Shown: piece by piece, positions 26,855-37,298 of the stretch
Position numbering within the stretch: position 1 is the stretch's first letter
Layout of the letters: each line of letters begins with the position of its first letter
DNA from: an uncultured bacterium
GTDB lineage: Bacteria; Patescibacteriota; JABMPQ01; CAVVCK01
Assembly: GCA_963746775.1 (NCBI GenBank)
Contig: CAVVCK010000001.1
Span: 83,050-147,049, forward strand
Length of the DNA: 64,000 nucleotides
Direction: 5' to 3'
Program-made: the position numbers and the translations under genes
Notes under the pieces: model-generated
Told to the model about the DNA's origin: nothing
Databases searched by the model: none
What the model saw: only the letters and a program-made list of their open reading frames with translations

Positions 26855-29449
26855 CTATTTTTTTAATTCCCTCATCAAATCATCCCCAATCCTAGTCACA
26901 TCCCCAGCTCCCAAAGTTATAACCAAATCATTTTCTTTTACATTCTCAACTAGCCAATCCAAAGTATTATCTAATTTACCTGTATATATTGCTTTCTCAC
27001 CAATTTTTTCACATATTAATTTTGAATTTTTACTCTTCATTTTGACTTCTGAATTTTGACTTTCAACTTCTCTTCCCGCCACATGATAAACATCACCCAC
27101 TAAAACTAGGTTTGCACTCCCAAAACTACCTACAAAATCATCAAATAATGCCCTAAATCTATCCTCGTGATGAGGCTGAAAGACAGCAATAATGCGTTTC
27201 TTAGGATATTTTAAACGCGCTCCAGCCAAGGTTGCTTTAATCTCCGTAGGATGATGAGCATAGTCATCTATAATAGTAATACCATTTTGTTCACCTTTTA
27301 ATTCGAACCGACGCCAAGCTCCATTGTAGTTCTCTACTACTCCTTTTATTTTCTCTAAGGGCAATTTCAATACTTTTCCTAAAATAATAACAGCCAAAGT
27401 ATTATAAATATTATGTACTCCAATCAAATTCAACTTTATAGTACTAATTTCTTGTTCTCTAAACTTTAAACTGTATAACAATTTTGTTCCTTCTTGCTTT
27501 ATATTAAATACATTGAAATCAGCCTTATCTTTAATACCATATGTTATAACTCTACAAGGTGAATATTTTGCTAATTCCATGACATTCTGATCATCAAAAT
27601 TAGCTATTAATAGCCCATCTTTAGGTAATCTTTGTATGAATTGCCTAAATTTATTCTTTACGTCCTCTAAATCTTTATAGAAATCAGGATGTTCAAACTC
27701 TATATTATTTAAAATTAAAATATTAGGACTATAGTTTAAGAAAGCCGCCTTATATTCATCAGCTTCCAAGACAAAATACTTTGATTTACCTAATCTAGCA
27801 TTACCCTTAAATTCTTTCAGCCTAGATCCTATAACACAAGTAGGATCAAGATCACCCTTTTCCATTAAAATAGAAATTAGCGCTGTTATAGTCGTTTTCC
27901 CATGAGTTCCAGCAATGCATATAGTAAACTTATCTCGCGTTAAAGCCCCTAAAAGTTCCGGATAAGACATAGTAGGAATATTAAACTTACGAGCTTTAAC
28001 TAATTCTACATTATCACTTGTAGCTGCATTACTATACACAACCAAATCAAAGTCTTTTGATATATTCTCCTCCCTATGCTCACCGATATTAACTTTTACG
28101 CCCCTATTTTCCAAATCTCGAGTTACATCCGAGGCAGATAAATCAGAACCAGATACTTCCTTGCCCTGTTCCAATAATATATAGGCCACAGCTGATACTC
28201 CAATCCCACCTATTCCAATAAAATATACTTTTTTTATTTTTCCCAAATCCATATTAACTAACCTGCTATCCAAAGTATAATCATTAACAATATCTTTAAT
28301 ATTTTCTCCTTCTTTCTTTAAATCCAGCAATTCTTTAATTATTTTTTGGCTGGCATTCTTATTTACTTTCTGTCCGAATTGATGAATTTTTTGTCTCAAT
28401 CCTTCCAATCTTATACTATCATTCATTAAAGTATCTATTTTCTTAATTAACATCTCTGAATTTAAGTTGCTTTCTTTTATAAGTTCTATCGCTCCCTCTT
28501 TGGCTATTCTCTCAGCATTCTTTTCTTGATGATTAGCCGCAGCATATGGATAAGGAATAATAATAGAAGGCTTAGACAATAGTGCTAATTCAAATAAAGT
28601 ATTAAGTCCACCACGAGATATTACTAAATCACTACAAGCAAAGATATCGGCTAATTTGCTACCATACACACTTGGATATAATTTATAATTTTCATCATAT
28701 CCTTCTTTTAATTTAGTAATAGTAAGCAAACTTCCGCAAGCTCTATAATTATTATCCCCGCATAAATGCACAATTTGATATTTGTCTAAAAGATGAGGCA
28801 GAGATTTAATAATAACTTCATTGATTCTAATTGCCCCTTGCGATCCTCCTAATATTAGAATGGTAGGTTTATTAGATTTAAAACCTAATTCTCTCAAACC
28901 TTCTTCCCTATTTCCTCCTAAAATATCCTCTCTAATAGGATTACCAGTTATAATAACTTTGTTTTTATATTTATTTTTTATTTGATTTTTAGTTTCTTCA
29001 AATGTAAGAGCTATTTTTGAAACAAAAGGTAATAATATTTTATTAGCTAAACCCAATGATATGTTTGATTCATGAATTAAGCTTGGTATTTTAAAAAAAT
29101 AAGCAGCTAAAACAGGAGGTACACCAACATATCCTCCTTTGCTAAACAAAATATCAGGTTTAAATTTTCTAATTATTAAAATAGATTGGAAAAAACCGGT
29201 AATTATTTTAAAAAAATCTATAACATTTTGAAAAGACCAATACCTGCGAAACTTGCCCGTTGATATTTCTGCATATTTTATATTATTTTTACAGGCAATC
29301 TCTTTCTCTATCCCATTACTAGAACCAACCCATAAAAATTCTATCTTTCTTTTTTCTTCATTTTTAAAATAACTCCTAATTTTCGATGTAAGAGCTATGA
29401 TAGGAGTTGCATGTCCGCCTGTTCCACCGCCAGTAAGTAATATTTTCAT
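26855..29449 (-). CDS. murG-murC: Fused MurG glycosyltransferase - MurC UDP-MurNAc:L-Ala ligase
   Basis: N-terminal half: GGGTGGH, GNPIR, GGSQGA, HQEKNA. C-terminal half: GIGGIGVS, AGTHGKTT, EADE, DDYAHHPTEI, FQPH. Confidence 0.93.
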   Translation of the reverse strand: MKILLTGGGTGGHATPIIALTSKIRSYFKNEEKRKIEFLWVGSSNGIEKEIACKNNIKYAEISTGKFRRYWSFQNVIDFFKIITGFFQSILIIRKFKPDILFSKGGYVGVPPVLAAYFFKIPSLIHESNISLGLANKILLPFVSKIALTFEETKNQIKNKYKNKVIITGNPIREDILGGNREEGLRELGFKSNKPTILILGGSQGAIRINEVIIKSLPHLLDKYQIVHLCGDNNYRACGSLLTITKLKEGYDENYKLYPSVYGSKLADIFACSDLVISRGGLNTLFELALLSKPSIIIPYPYAAANHQEKNAERIAKEGAIELIKESNLNSEMLIKKIDTLMNDSIRLEGLRQKIHQFGQKVNKNASQKIIKELLDLKKEGENIKDIVNDYTLDSRLVNMDLGKIKKVYFIGIGGIGVSAVAYILLEQGKEVSGSDLSASDVTRDLENRGVKVNIGEHREENISKDFDLVVYSNAATSDNVELVKARKFNIPTMSYPELLGALTRDKFTICIAGTHGKTTITALISILMEKGDLDPTCVIGSRLKEFKGNARLGKSKYFVLEADEYKAAFLNYSPNILILNNIEFEHPDFYKDLEDVKNKFRQFIQRLPKDGLLIANFDDQNVMELAKYSPCRVITYGIKDKADFNVFNIKQEGTKLLYSLKFREQEISTIKLNLIGVHNIYNTLAVIILGKVLKLPLEKIKGVVENYNGAWRRFELKGEQNGITIIDDYAHHPTEIKATLAGARLKYPKKRIIAVFQPHHEDRFRALFDDFVGSFGSANLVLVGDVYHVAGREVESQNSEVKMKSKNSKLICEKIGEKAIYTGKLDNTLDWLVENVKENDLVITLGAGDVTRIGDDLMRELKK

Positions 29450-29450
29450 A

Positions 29451-30575
29451 TTATTTTTCAGTCACATGTTTAGAAATATTGACTAAAATACCCATCGAAG
29501 CCAAAGAAAATAGTAAAGCTGATCCACCATAACTTATAAAAGGAAGAGGGATGCCAGTCAGGGGCATTATCCCAGAAATTGCTGCCATATTCAAAAATGC
29601 TTGAAAACATATCCAGCTAGTAATTCCTGTCGCAATTAATTTTCCATAAAAATCTGGAGCCTTTTTAGCTACATTATATCCTTTAATAGTTAAAATCATA
29701 AATAAAGCAATCAACAATAGTATCCTAATAAAACCTAGTTCTTCAGCAATAACAGCAAAAATAGAATCGCCTGAGGCTTCTGGCAAATAATTATATTTTT
29801 GAATACTCTTACCCAATCCCCGCCCGAATAACCCTCCTGAACCTATGGCCAAGAGTGCCTGATTAATTTGATAACCGATACCCTGAGGATCTATTTCTGG
29901 ATTTAAAAATACGGTTAAACGTGCCATTCTATAAGGTGCCAATTTAATAAGCATTAAAAATGAAGCCACACCGCCTGCTCCGAGCAGTGCTAAATGAGAA
30001 AATTTCGCACCCGCCACGAAATAAATAGAAATAGCTGTTACAATAATAACACTCATAGTACCAATATCAGGCTGCAATATTATTAGTAAACTGATTACAC
30101 CCAAAATAGATACAAAAGGAATAAAACCAAATTTCCAATCTTTTATACCTTTTTGTTTTTTATCAAGCCAGGTAGCTAAATATAGTAAAAAAGTAAGCTT
30201 AGCTAATTCTGTCGGTTGAAAAGTAAAAGAACCTATATTAATCCAACGCCTAGCTCCACCATGCTCTAGTCCCAGCCCCGGTATAAAAACAACAACTAAT
30301 AAAACAATAGTTAAAACTAACATTACCGCTGCCAGCTTCTTCCAATAATGATAATTTATTTGGGAAGTAATAAAAAAAGCTATCATTCCAAATAATGCCC
30401 CATTAATTAACTGATGTGTAAAAAAATAATAATTACTGCCAAATCTGTCATAAGATTGTACTGCACTCGCTGAAGACATAACCACTAATCCTATAATAAC
30501 TAAGGCTAAAATAGTGATGACTAAAGTGTAGTCTGGTTTTTTATTCATTTTTCTAAAACGTGAAATTCTAGTCAT
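29451..30575 (-). CDS. ftsW: SEDS peptidoglycan polymerase FtsW
   Basis: GARRWI, FQPTELAK, QPDIG, YLPEA..DSIFAVIAEELG, P.TGIPLPFISYGGS. Confidence 0.94.
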   Translation of the reverse strand: MTRISRFRKMNKKPDYTLVITILALVIIGLVVMSSASAVQSYDRFGSNYYFFTHQLINGALFGMIAFFITSQINYHYWKKLAAVMLVLTIVLLVVVFIPGLGLEHGGARRWINIGSFTFQPTELAKLTFLLYLATWLDKKQKGIKDWKFGFIPFVSILGVISLLIILQPDIGTMSVIIVTAISIYFVAGAKFSHLALLGAGGVASFLMLIKLAPYRMARLTVFLNPEIDPQGIGYQINQALLAIGSGGLFGRGLGKSIQKYNYLPEASGDSIFAVIAEELGFIRILLLIALFMILTIKGYNVAKKAPDFYGKLIATGITSWICFQAFLNMAAISGIMPLTGIPLPFISYGGSALLFSLASMGILVNISKHVTEK

Positions 30576-32047
30576 TATTTTGGTAAATTTTGAACTAAAT
30601 TTGTAAATTGAGTAGCTCTATCTCTGTAATCTTTAAACATATCAAAGCTTTCACATCCAGGGGACATAATCACAACATCACCTGATTTAGCAGCCTTATG
30701 AGATGACTTAACTGCCTCATCTAGCGTTGAACATATTTTAATAAATGGTTCCTTACTATCTCCAGCTAACATTTTTTCCTCTACTTTATCTTTAATAACT
30801 CTCGCTTTTTCTCCAATTAATAATAATAGCTTAACTTTATTATTAACAATATCTTCAGCCATTTTCTCCATTTCATCGGGTATCTCTTTCTTCCTCGTTC
30901 CACCTGCAATCAAAATTATGGGGTAATTAAACGATTTTATAGCCATCCTTAAACCATCAGGATTACAAGCTGTTGAGTCGTTATAATATTTTACACCTTT
31001 TAATTCCCTAATTAATTCAATTCTAGACTTTAGCCCTCTAAAAGATGTGACTGTTTCTCTGATTATTTTTGTATTAACACCTCCCATAAAAGCTGCCAAC
31101 GATGCTGCTAGAACATTTTCTATATTATGAATTCCTGGAATATTCAAATCAAACCTTGAACAAATTTTATACTCACTATTATCTTTGGAAATAATCAAAT
31201 CATCATTTTTTAAAAAACTACCTTCATTTATTTTTTTCTTAACACTAAAGTAATATAATTTAGATGCTGTTGAAATACTTTGTAATTCTTTGGTGTTATA
31301 ATTTAATATAGCAATATCATCTTCTTGCTGATGTTCTAACAAACTCTTTTTTATTTCTACATAATCAATAAAATCATCATGGTCATCCAAGTGATTATGG
31401 GAAATATTAGTTATTACACCAATATGAGGACTTTTACCTAAATCTATTTTTAACTGTCTATTACTTACTTCTAAAATAAGCAGATCCTCCTTTTTAATAT
31501 CAAGAATTTTGTCTAAAATTTGCACATTTTCTCTATCATTTCCAGAAAAATAAACTTTTCCCGATTTATCTTCCCTGTCTTTTTTAAAAATTTCATATAT
31601 AAGTCTAGTTGTGGTTGATTTACCAGATGTTCCTGTTACAGCAATAATGGGTGCTTCACATAAATTAAAATAAAGCTTAGTTATGTTGCAAAATTCTATT
31701 TTCTTTTGCAGTTCCAAAAGCGGCTCATTAAAATCATATCTAAACCATGATTGAGGTACAAAAATCATCTCAGCCTGATCAATATCTTTTAAATATTCAT
31801 CTTTAAAATTAATCTTTATGCCTAAATTATCAATTTCTAAAAACATTTTTTCTTTTTCTTGCTCATCCAAAGCATCATGAAAAGCATAAAAATTCTTTTT
31901 AAATTCTTCTTTTTTACAAAAATCATGTCCGATAATATTTTTGAAGCCTTGCGATGCTAGAAATCTGACTATAGCTGATCCTTCATCACCGGAAATACCA
32001 ATGACATGTATATTTTTTTCTTTTAAATTTTCTAAAAAATTAGACAT
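30575..32047 (-). CDS. murD: UDP-MurNAc-L-Ala:D-Glu ligase (divergent)
   Basis: VTGTSGKSTT, HLDDH, YYNDS...N, SPGCESFDMF..Y..R; position upstream of ftsW. Confidence 0.85.
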   Translation of the reverse strand: MSNFLENLKEKNIHVIGISGDEGSAIVRFLASQGFKNIIGHDFCKKEEFKKNFYAFHDALDEQEKEKMFLEIDNLGIKINFKDEYLKDIDQAEMIFVPQSWFRYDFNEPLLELQKKIEFCNITKLYFNLCEAPIIAVTGTSGKSTTTRLIYEIFKKDREDKSGKVYFSGNDRENVQILDKILDIKKEDLLILEVSNRQLKIDLGKSPHIGVITNISHNHLDDHDDFIDYVEIKKSLLEHQQEDDIAILNYNTKELQSISTASKLYYFSVKKKINEGSFLKNDDLIISKDNSEYKICSRFDLNIPGIHNIENVLAASLAAFMGGVNTKIIRETVTSFRGLKSRIELIRELKGVKYYNDSTACNPDGLRMAIKSFNYPIILIAGGTRKKEIPDEMEKMAEDIVNNKVKLLLLIGEKARVIKDKVEEKMLAGDSKEPFIKICSTLDEAVKSSHKAAKSGDVVIMSPGCESFDMFKDYRDRATQFTNLVQNLPK

Positions 32048-32048
32048 A

Positions 32049-32792
32049 TTATTTTTTTATCCCAATTATTGATAAAATTAACTTTTTGTAATTTTTCCTC
32101 TCTCTATAATTCGATGGTAACCCTAACTTATTATCACAGCCAGTACAAAGATTGGAAATTTCTATATTTTTTTCTAAAATTCCTAATTGTTCTAATTGTA
32201 TTTGAATTGCTTCCTGTAAATTAAGGTAAATTTTTTTATTACCTTGTCGTATTACGCTATTTCCAAATCGATTTACAAAATCCTTCACTCGATTATCTCT
32301 TACCTTGCTAACCTCATAACAACAATCCTGAATAGATGGGCCCAAATAACATTTTAAATCAGAATAACAAACTTTAAATGATTTATTCATCATTTTGGCA
32401 GTTTTTTGAGCAATTAATTCTAAAGTTCCCTTCCAACCAGAATGTACAATACCCATAGCTTTACTCTTAGGATCATAGAATGTTACAGGAACACAATCCG
32501 CCGTATAAACACCCAGATATAAATTCTTTTCAGCAGAAATCATGGCATCATTATTTAAAACAATATTTATATTTTTTGTTAGATATTTATTATCTACTAA
32601 TTTAATATTGTCAGTATGTTTCTGTTCTTGAAAAATTATTTTTTTACCTTCTAAACCTGATTTAATTAAAAATTCTTTAAATTCTCTACTTTTAAAATTA
32701 CTTTCAAAATATTCCCTAAAAGCTAACCGATCAATGATAATTGCTTTAAATAAAACTTCCTCAAATTTGCTAATTTTATCTGGATATATCAT
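32049..32792 (-). CDS. pgeF: YfiH/PgeF (laccase-domain) family protein
   Basis: Q.H, TADCVP, HSGWKG, GPSI..CCYEV, CT motifs. Confidence 0.85.
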   Translation of the reverse strand: MIYPDKISKFEEVLFKAIIIDRLAFREYFESNFKSREFKEFLIKSGLEGKKIIFQEQKHTDNIKLVDNKYLTKNINIVLNNDAMISAEKNLYLGVYTADCVPVTFYDPKSKAMGIVHSGWKGTLELIAQKTAKMMNKSFKVCYSDLKCYLGPSIQDCCYEVSKVRDNRVKDFVNRFGNSVIRQGNKKIYLNLQEAIQIQLEQLGILEKNIEISNLCTGCDNKLGLPSNYRERKNYKKLILSIIGIKK

Positions 32793-32798
32793 ATAAAG

Positions 32799-34439
32799 CT
32801 AGTCTTTTAACACCCTACCATACAAATTATCACTCTGTATCCCATCTCTAACTGCAATCATACCATTTACTATAACTGAATCAATTCCTTTCGGATATCT
32901 ATAGGGATTATCATAATCAGCCCTACCCTCAATTTTTTTAGGATCAATTATTACCAAATCAGCAAAATAATTCTTTTCAATTAATCCTCGTCTAGATAAA
33001 CCAACTTTCTGAGCCGGTAAATAAGTTATTTTTCTAATAGCCCCTTCCCAATTAATTATTTTTTTATCCACCACAAAATCTTTCAGAAATTTAGGGAAAG
33101 CACCAAAACACCTGGGATGTATTAGCTGCTCCTGTTCTTTGTTGTCTAGGCTGTAAGCTGCTCCATCAGAACAAACAATACTGTGCTCATTCTTTATCTG
33201 TTTTTCTAAATTCTCAAGCTTTATAAAATTTTCATCAGAAAAACAATTTATATTGCCTTTATTAGCTACAAGTAATTCTATTACTATTTCTTCAACATTC
33301 CTGCCTTCATTTAAAGCAATATTACCAATTTTCTTACCAATTAGTGTTTTATTATAATCTGAATAGGTTATTATAAAATTTTTAAAATCATAAGCTGACT
33401 TTCTTAAGTCACTAACAATCTGCTGAAAACCATTTTTATCTTTTAGTCTTTTTATCATTTCTTCTTTCCCACCTTGAATAACCCACTTGGGTAAATAAGC
33501 ATAAAGTGCCGTCCAGGCTCTTTGATAAGGATAAAAATCAAAATTTACATTCACACCCTTTTCTTTCTCTTTATTAATGCTATTCAAAATTTTATCAATA
33601 TTATTGTTATTAGCTGGGATTTTTAAATGAGAAATTTGTACTGATATATCATTTTTTGAAGCTATATTGAATGCTTCTTGCAATGATTTCTCTAATTCCT
33701 CCCCTTCGTCTCGCAAATGCATAGAGCATATTTTCCTATCACTTCTTAATATAGAAAATAATCTATGTATTTCATTAGTTTTTATAAAATTAGCATGAGC
33801 ATAGCCTAAGCCAATCGAAATTCCCAACGCTCCACTTGATAAACTATCTTCCAACATTTTCTTTAATAGCTTCATCTCATCATAACTAATATCTCTTACT
33901 TCATCATGAGTAATTACCCTTCTACATGTATTATATCCAACTAAAGTAGCAAAATTACAGGCTATCCCTTTTTTATCAATTTCATTTAAATATTCCTCAA
34001 AAGTAACCCAAGTTACATTAACACCAGTAGTATTAGTCCATCTTCTGGCATTTTTTAATATGCTTTCTCCTTGGGAAGGAGCTAGTAAAATATTTCTTTT
34101 GGTAAAAGGATTTTTAAATATTTTTTCTAGAGTATTTTTTGATGCTAGCGGTGCTAAAGATGTACCACAATTTCCACAAATCATAGTTGTTACGCCCTGA
34201 TTTATCATGCTAGCTACTCTTGGATTATTAAATAAAGTTAAATAACCATCCGTATGATTTAGAATATCAACAAAACCAGGAGTTATATATAAATTTCTAG
34301 CATCAATAATAACACTTCCTCTTAAATTAGATTTACTGATAACTTTTATTTTATCTTTTTTAAGACCAATATTAGCCTTAAACTTTTCTTGTCCAGTCCC
34401 ATCAATAATTGTGCCATTTTTAATAACTAAATCCAGCAT
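32799..34439 (-). CDS. N-acyl-D-amino-acid deacylase-like amidohydrolase
   Basis: NGTIIDGTG, PGFVD, GVTT..CGNCG.S, HLRDE, SHLK, SDG, HPR.FG.FP, RGLI..YFADLV. Confidence 0.85.
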   Translation of the reverse strand: MLDLVIKNGTIIDGTGQEKFKANIGLKKDKIKVISKSNLRGSVIIDARNLYITPGFVDILNHTDGYLTLFNNPRVASMINQGVTTMICGNCGTSLAPLASKNTLEKIFKNPFTKRNILLAPSQGESILKNARRWTNTTGVNVTWVTFEEYLNEIDKKGIACNFATLVGYNTCRRVITHDEVRDISYDEMKLLKKMLEDSLSSGALGISIGLGYAHANFIKTNEIHRLFSILRSDRKICSMHLRDEGEELEKSLQEAFNIASKNDISVQISHLKIPANNNNIDKILNSINKEKEKGVNVNFDFYPYQRAWTALYAYLPKWVIQGGKEEMIKRLKDKNGFQQIVSDLRKSAYDFKNFIITYSDYNKTLIGKKIGNIALNEGRNVEEIVIELLVANKGNINCFSDENFIKLENLEKQIKNEHSIVCSDGAAYSLDNKEQEQLIHPRCFGAFPKFLKDFVVDKKIINWEGAIRKITYLPAQKVGLSRRGLIEKNYFADLVIIDPKKIEGRADYDNPYRYPKGIDSVIVNGMIAVRDGIQSDNLYGRVLKD

Positions 34440-34446
34440 AAATTAT

Positions 34447-35385
34447 TTAAAATAAATTAAACATTTTTCCGATAAATATTATATATATTAATATAAATAT
34501 TGATCCTTCCCAATTATGTATCCTGCGAGATATACCTGTAAAAATCATTAAAAGCGTAGCTATAATTAAGAAAGGTATACCAATAGTTAGTGTTTCAGCT
34601 GATATTTTTAAGGGAGAAATTAAGGCAGCTGCACCAATAACTAATGTTCCATTAAAAATATTAGAACCAATAACATTACCAAGTGCTATTTCAAATTTTT
34701 GTCTCATAGCCGCTCTAACTGACACTGCTAGTTCTGGCAAAGAAGTACCCAAAGCTACAGCAGTTAATGATATAACCGAGGTGCCAATATTGGTTATTTT
34801 AGAAATATTAACAACTCCTTTGACTGTAAAATAAGCTCCTACAAAAACAAACGCCCCACTTATAATAATCCCAAGAATAGTCCAAAAATCTAGTTTTTCT
34901 TTTTTAGATAATTTATCTATTTCTCTTTCTCTAGAAACAACTGAATAATGAATATAAACAGCAAAACCAATAATACAAATTACTCCTTCAATAAAAGCAA
35001 ATTCTCCCCAATAAACACAAGTAACTATTAATAGAGCAGAAAAAGAAGCAAGCAAGGGAAGATCAATATTTATTAAATCCCGCTCCAGTACTATTTTTTT
35101 AGTTATGATTGAAGCAATACCCACAATAACTAAAATATTAAAAATATTTGAGCCAATTACATTAGCTGCTACAATATCTGTTGTACCATTATAGGCTGCA
35201 ATAATAGATGATACTAGCTCTGGCAAGGAAGTGCCAATTGACACAATAATGATTCCCACAATAAATGGTGGAATTCTTAGGGCTAAACCTAGCTTTTCAC
35301 TATAATTAGTAAAATAATCAGCTGCTTTAACTAATATCACCAAACTTAGAACAAATACTCCAAACCAAAATAGTAATTCTGTCAT
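34447..35385 (-). CDS. Ca2+/Na+ (cation) antiporter, YrbG family
   Basis: Two alpha repeats GTSLPEL...GSNIFN. Confidence 0.92.
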   Translation of the reverse strand: MTELLFWFGVFVLSLVILVKAADYFTNYSEKLGLALRIPPFIVGIIIVSIGTSLPELVSSIIAAYNGTTDIVAANVIGSNIFNILVIVGIASIITKKIVLERDLINIDLPLLASFSALLIVTCVYWGEFAFIEGVICIIGFAVYIHYSVVSREREIDKLSKKEKLDFWTILGIIISGAFVFVGAYFTVKGVVNISKITNIGTSVISLTAVALGTSLPELAVSVRAAMRQKFEIALGNVIGSNIFNGTLVIGAAALISPLKISAETLTIGIPFLIIATLLMIFTGISRRIHNWEGSIFILIYIIFIGKMFNLF

Positions 35386-35398
35386 TTTTATTTATAAT

Positions 35399-36916
35399 TT
35401 ATTTTCTTATTTTTTCAGTTACCCAAAATCCCATATATTTACCAAACATCAATCTTGTCTGAGAATCTAGAGCTGGAAAAGACCCAAGAAAAATTGTTGA
35501 TATAGGCAAAAAAATCCATTGTACTAGCAATGAAAGTAATCTTCTTTTTTTTATTTTTTTATTTTTTTCCTGCTGGATATTAATAATCAAAAAACTCACT
35601 GTAGCGGACACTACCATACCTACCATCGCTAAGGTCATTAATATTTGCGTAATATAAGGAAGATTCTGAGCAAGCAACGTTTGAGTAAATTTTTCACCAC
35701 CTAGAATCAGAGGAAGCCAACCTAGCATAAATATAATTATAGCATTTGTCCCCCAGGAATGAAAACCCTCAATAAGCCAAAAAGAATGAATAAATTTTTT
35801 GAATTTTGGTATATATTTATTTTTCATAAAATTAAATAAAACATAAGGTACATTCTCCGCTCCATAAGCCCACCTTCTTTGTTGCTTGTACTGATTTTTT
35901 ATACTCTTCCAATACGTATCAGCCAATACTACGTCCATATAGACAGGTATCATTAAAGGAGTGGTCTTATAATCACCATTAAAATGCAAAAAACATTGCC
36001 AAAATATCCTCGAATCCTCTGATACTACATCCTTTTCCCAAAATCCAATTTCAACTAAAGTTTTAAAGCTCATACTGTGGCTAGAAAAAGTATACAGTTT
36101 CTCAGGCCTACTTTGCTCCATCATATTCCAAAAAGTAGTATTTAAACCAATTAATCTCATTAACAAGGGTGACTGCCAAAAATTATTAAAAAACATCGGA
36201 ACAGGTTGATAGCTAGAATTATGCGGATTGGGATTTTCTAAGAATTTATAAGTTAGGCAGCCAAAAAATTCTTTATGAACGCATGTATCAGAATCTAGAG
36301 TAGATAAAATCACATTTTCATATGGTATATTTTTTTGATCAATTATTTCTTGAGCAGCTCTAGCTGCCCAAGCCTCATTAGATCCCTTGCCAGCCACTTC
36401 ACCTTCAATATCTTTAGGGTGTTTGGTTATTAAAAAATAATTAAAATCCTGGCCATATAAATTTTTAATTTTTTCAGCATTTTTTTTACCTTCAATGCCA
36501 TCTCTTTCTTCATAAGCGAAAACAACTATTATTTTTTCTTTTGGATAATTCGATTCAGCCAAAGCTTTAAAAGAAGGCTTTAGAACTTCAAAATTTTCCT
36601 TATAAGTTGGTATAATAACTAAATGATAAATATTAGCCCACCTTTCACTAAATTTTTCCTGGCATAATTTTAACCAATTTACTGATAAATTATCTTTTAA
36701 TCTTCGATACGCACTTAATAAATAAAAGGCCAGATAACCCACCTTAATTAACCAATAAACATCGAAACAAATTATAAAAATAGCTACCCAAGTTGGTCTA
36801 ATAAAAGACAAAACAATACTGCCTATAATAGTAATCCAAGAGAGAGCTCCAGGCAGCATTTCAAAAAGACGATATATTCCTTTTTCTTTTTTATTTTTCA
36901 ACTGAGATGCATTCAT
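35399..36916 (-). CDS. Membrane GT2-family glycosyltransferase (processive type)
   Basis: LDSD, VSED and QQRRW motifs; N- and C-terminal TM helices. Confidence 0.85.
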   Translation of the reverse strand: MNASQLKNKKEKGIYRLFEMLPGALSWITIIGSIVLSFIRPTWVAIFIICFDVYWLIKVGYLAFYLLSAYRRLKDNLSVNWLKLCQEKFSERWANIYHLVIIPTYKENFEVLKPSFKALAESNYPKEKIIVVFAYEERDGIEGKKNAEKIKNLYGQDFNYFLITKHPKDIEGEVAGKGSNEAWAARAAQEIIDQKNIPYENVILSTLDSDTCVHKEFFGCLTYKFLENPNPHNSSYQPVPMFFNNFWQSPLLMRLIGLNTTFWNMMEQSRPEKLYTFSSHSMSFKTLVEIGFWEKDVVSEDSRIFWQCFLHFNGDYKTTPLMIPVYMDVVLADTYWKSIKNQYKQQRRWAYGAENVPYVLFNFMKNKYIPKFKKFIHSFWLIEGFHSWGTNAIIIFMLGWLPLILGGEKFTQTLLAQNLPYITQILMTLAMVGMVVSATVSFLIINIQQEKNKKIKKRRLLSLLVQWIFLPISTIFLGSFPALDSQTRLMFGKYMGFWVTEKIRK

Positions 36917-36920
36917 TTAT

Positions 36921-37298
36921 TTATCTTATGACTACCACACCTATTCCAGCTAAAAAAAGAAGACACTGAATAAAGAGACTGCTAAATAATAAAAATTGGG
37001 CAATAAATTTTTCCTTTGAAAAAATCAAATATGACAAAACTAAATTTATTAAAATAACTAGAAGTCCAATACTAGGAATGACAAAAGCTTGCGACCATCT
37101 ATCTATTACGTCTATCCCAAAATATATATTAAAATGAAGGGGAACAGGGAATTCAGAAGATTTTAATCTAAAAATTAAAAAAATCCAAATAACTATATTA
37201 AAAAGCACATTGGTTAATAAAGTAAAGATACAAACCTTATCTTTCCAAAATTTATTTTTAGTAATATTTGATAATCCTTCTTTTATTTTTTTATTCAT
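36921..37298 (-). CDS. Conserved small membrane protein (DUF1648-like)
   Basis: Three TM segments; VPLHFNIYFGID motif. Confidence 0.6.
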   Translation of the reverse strand: MNKKIKEGLSNITKNKFWKDKVCIFTLLTNVLFNIVIWIFLIFRLKSSEFPVPLHFNIYFGIDVIDRWSQAFVIPSIGLLVILINLVLSYLIFSKEKFIAQFLLFSSLFIQCLLFLAGIGVVVIR

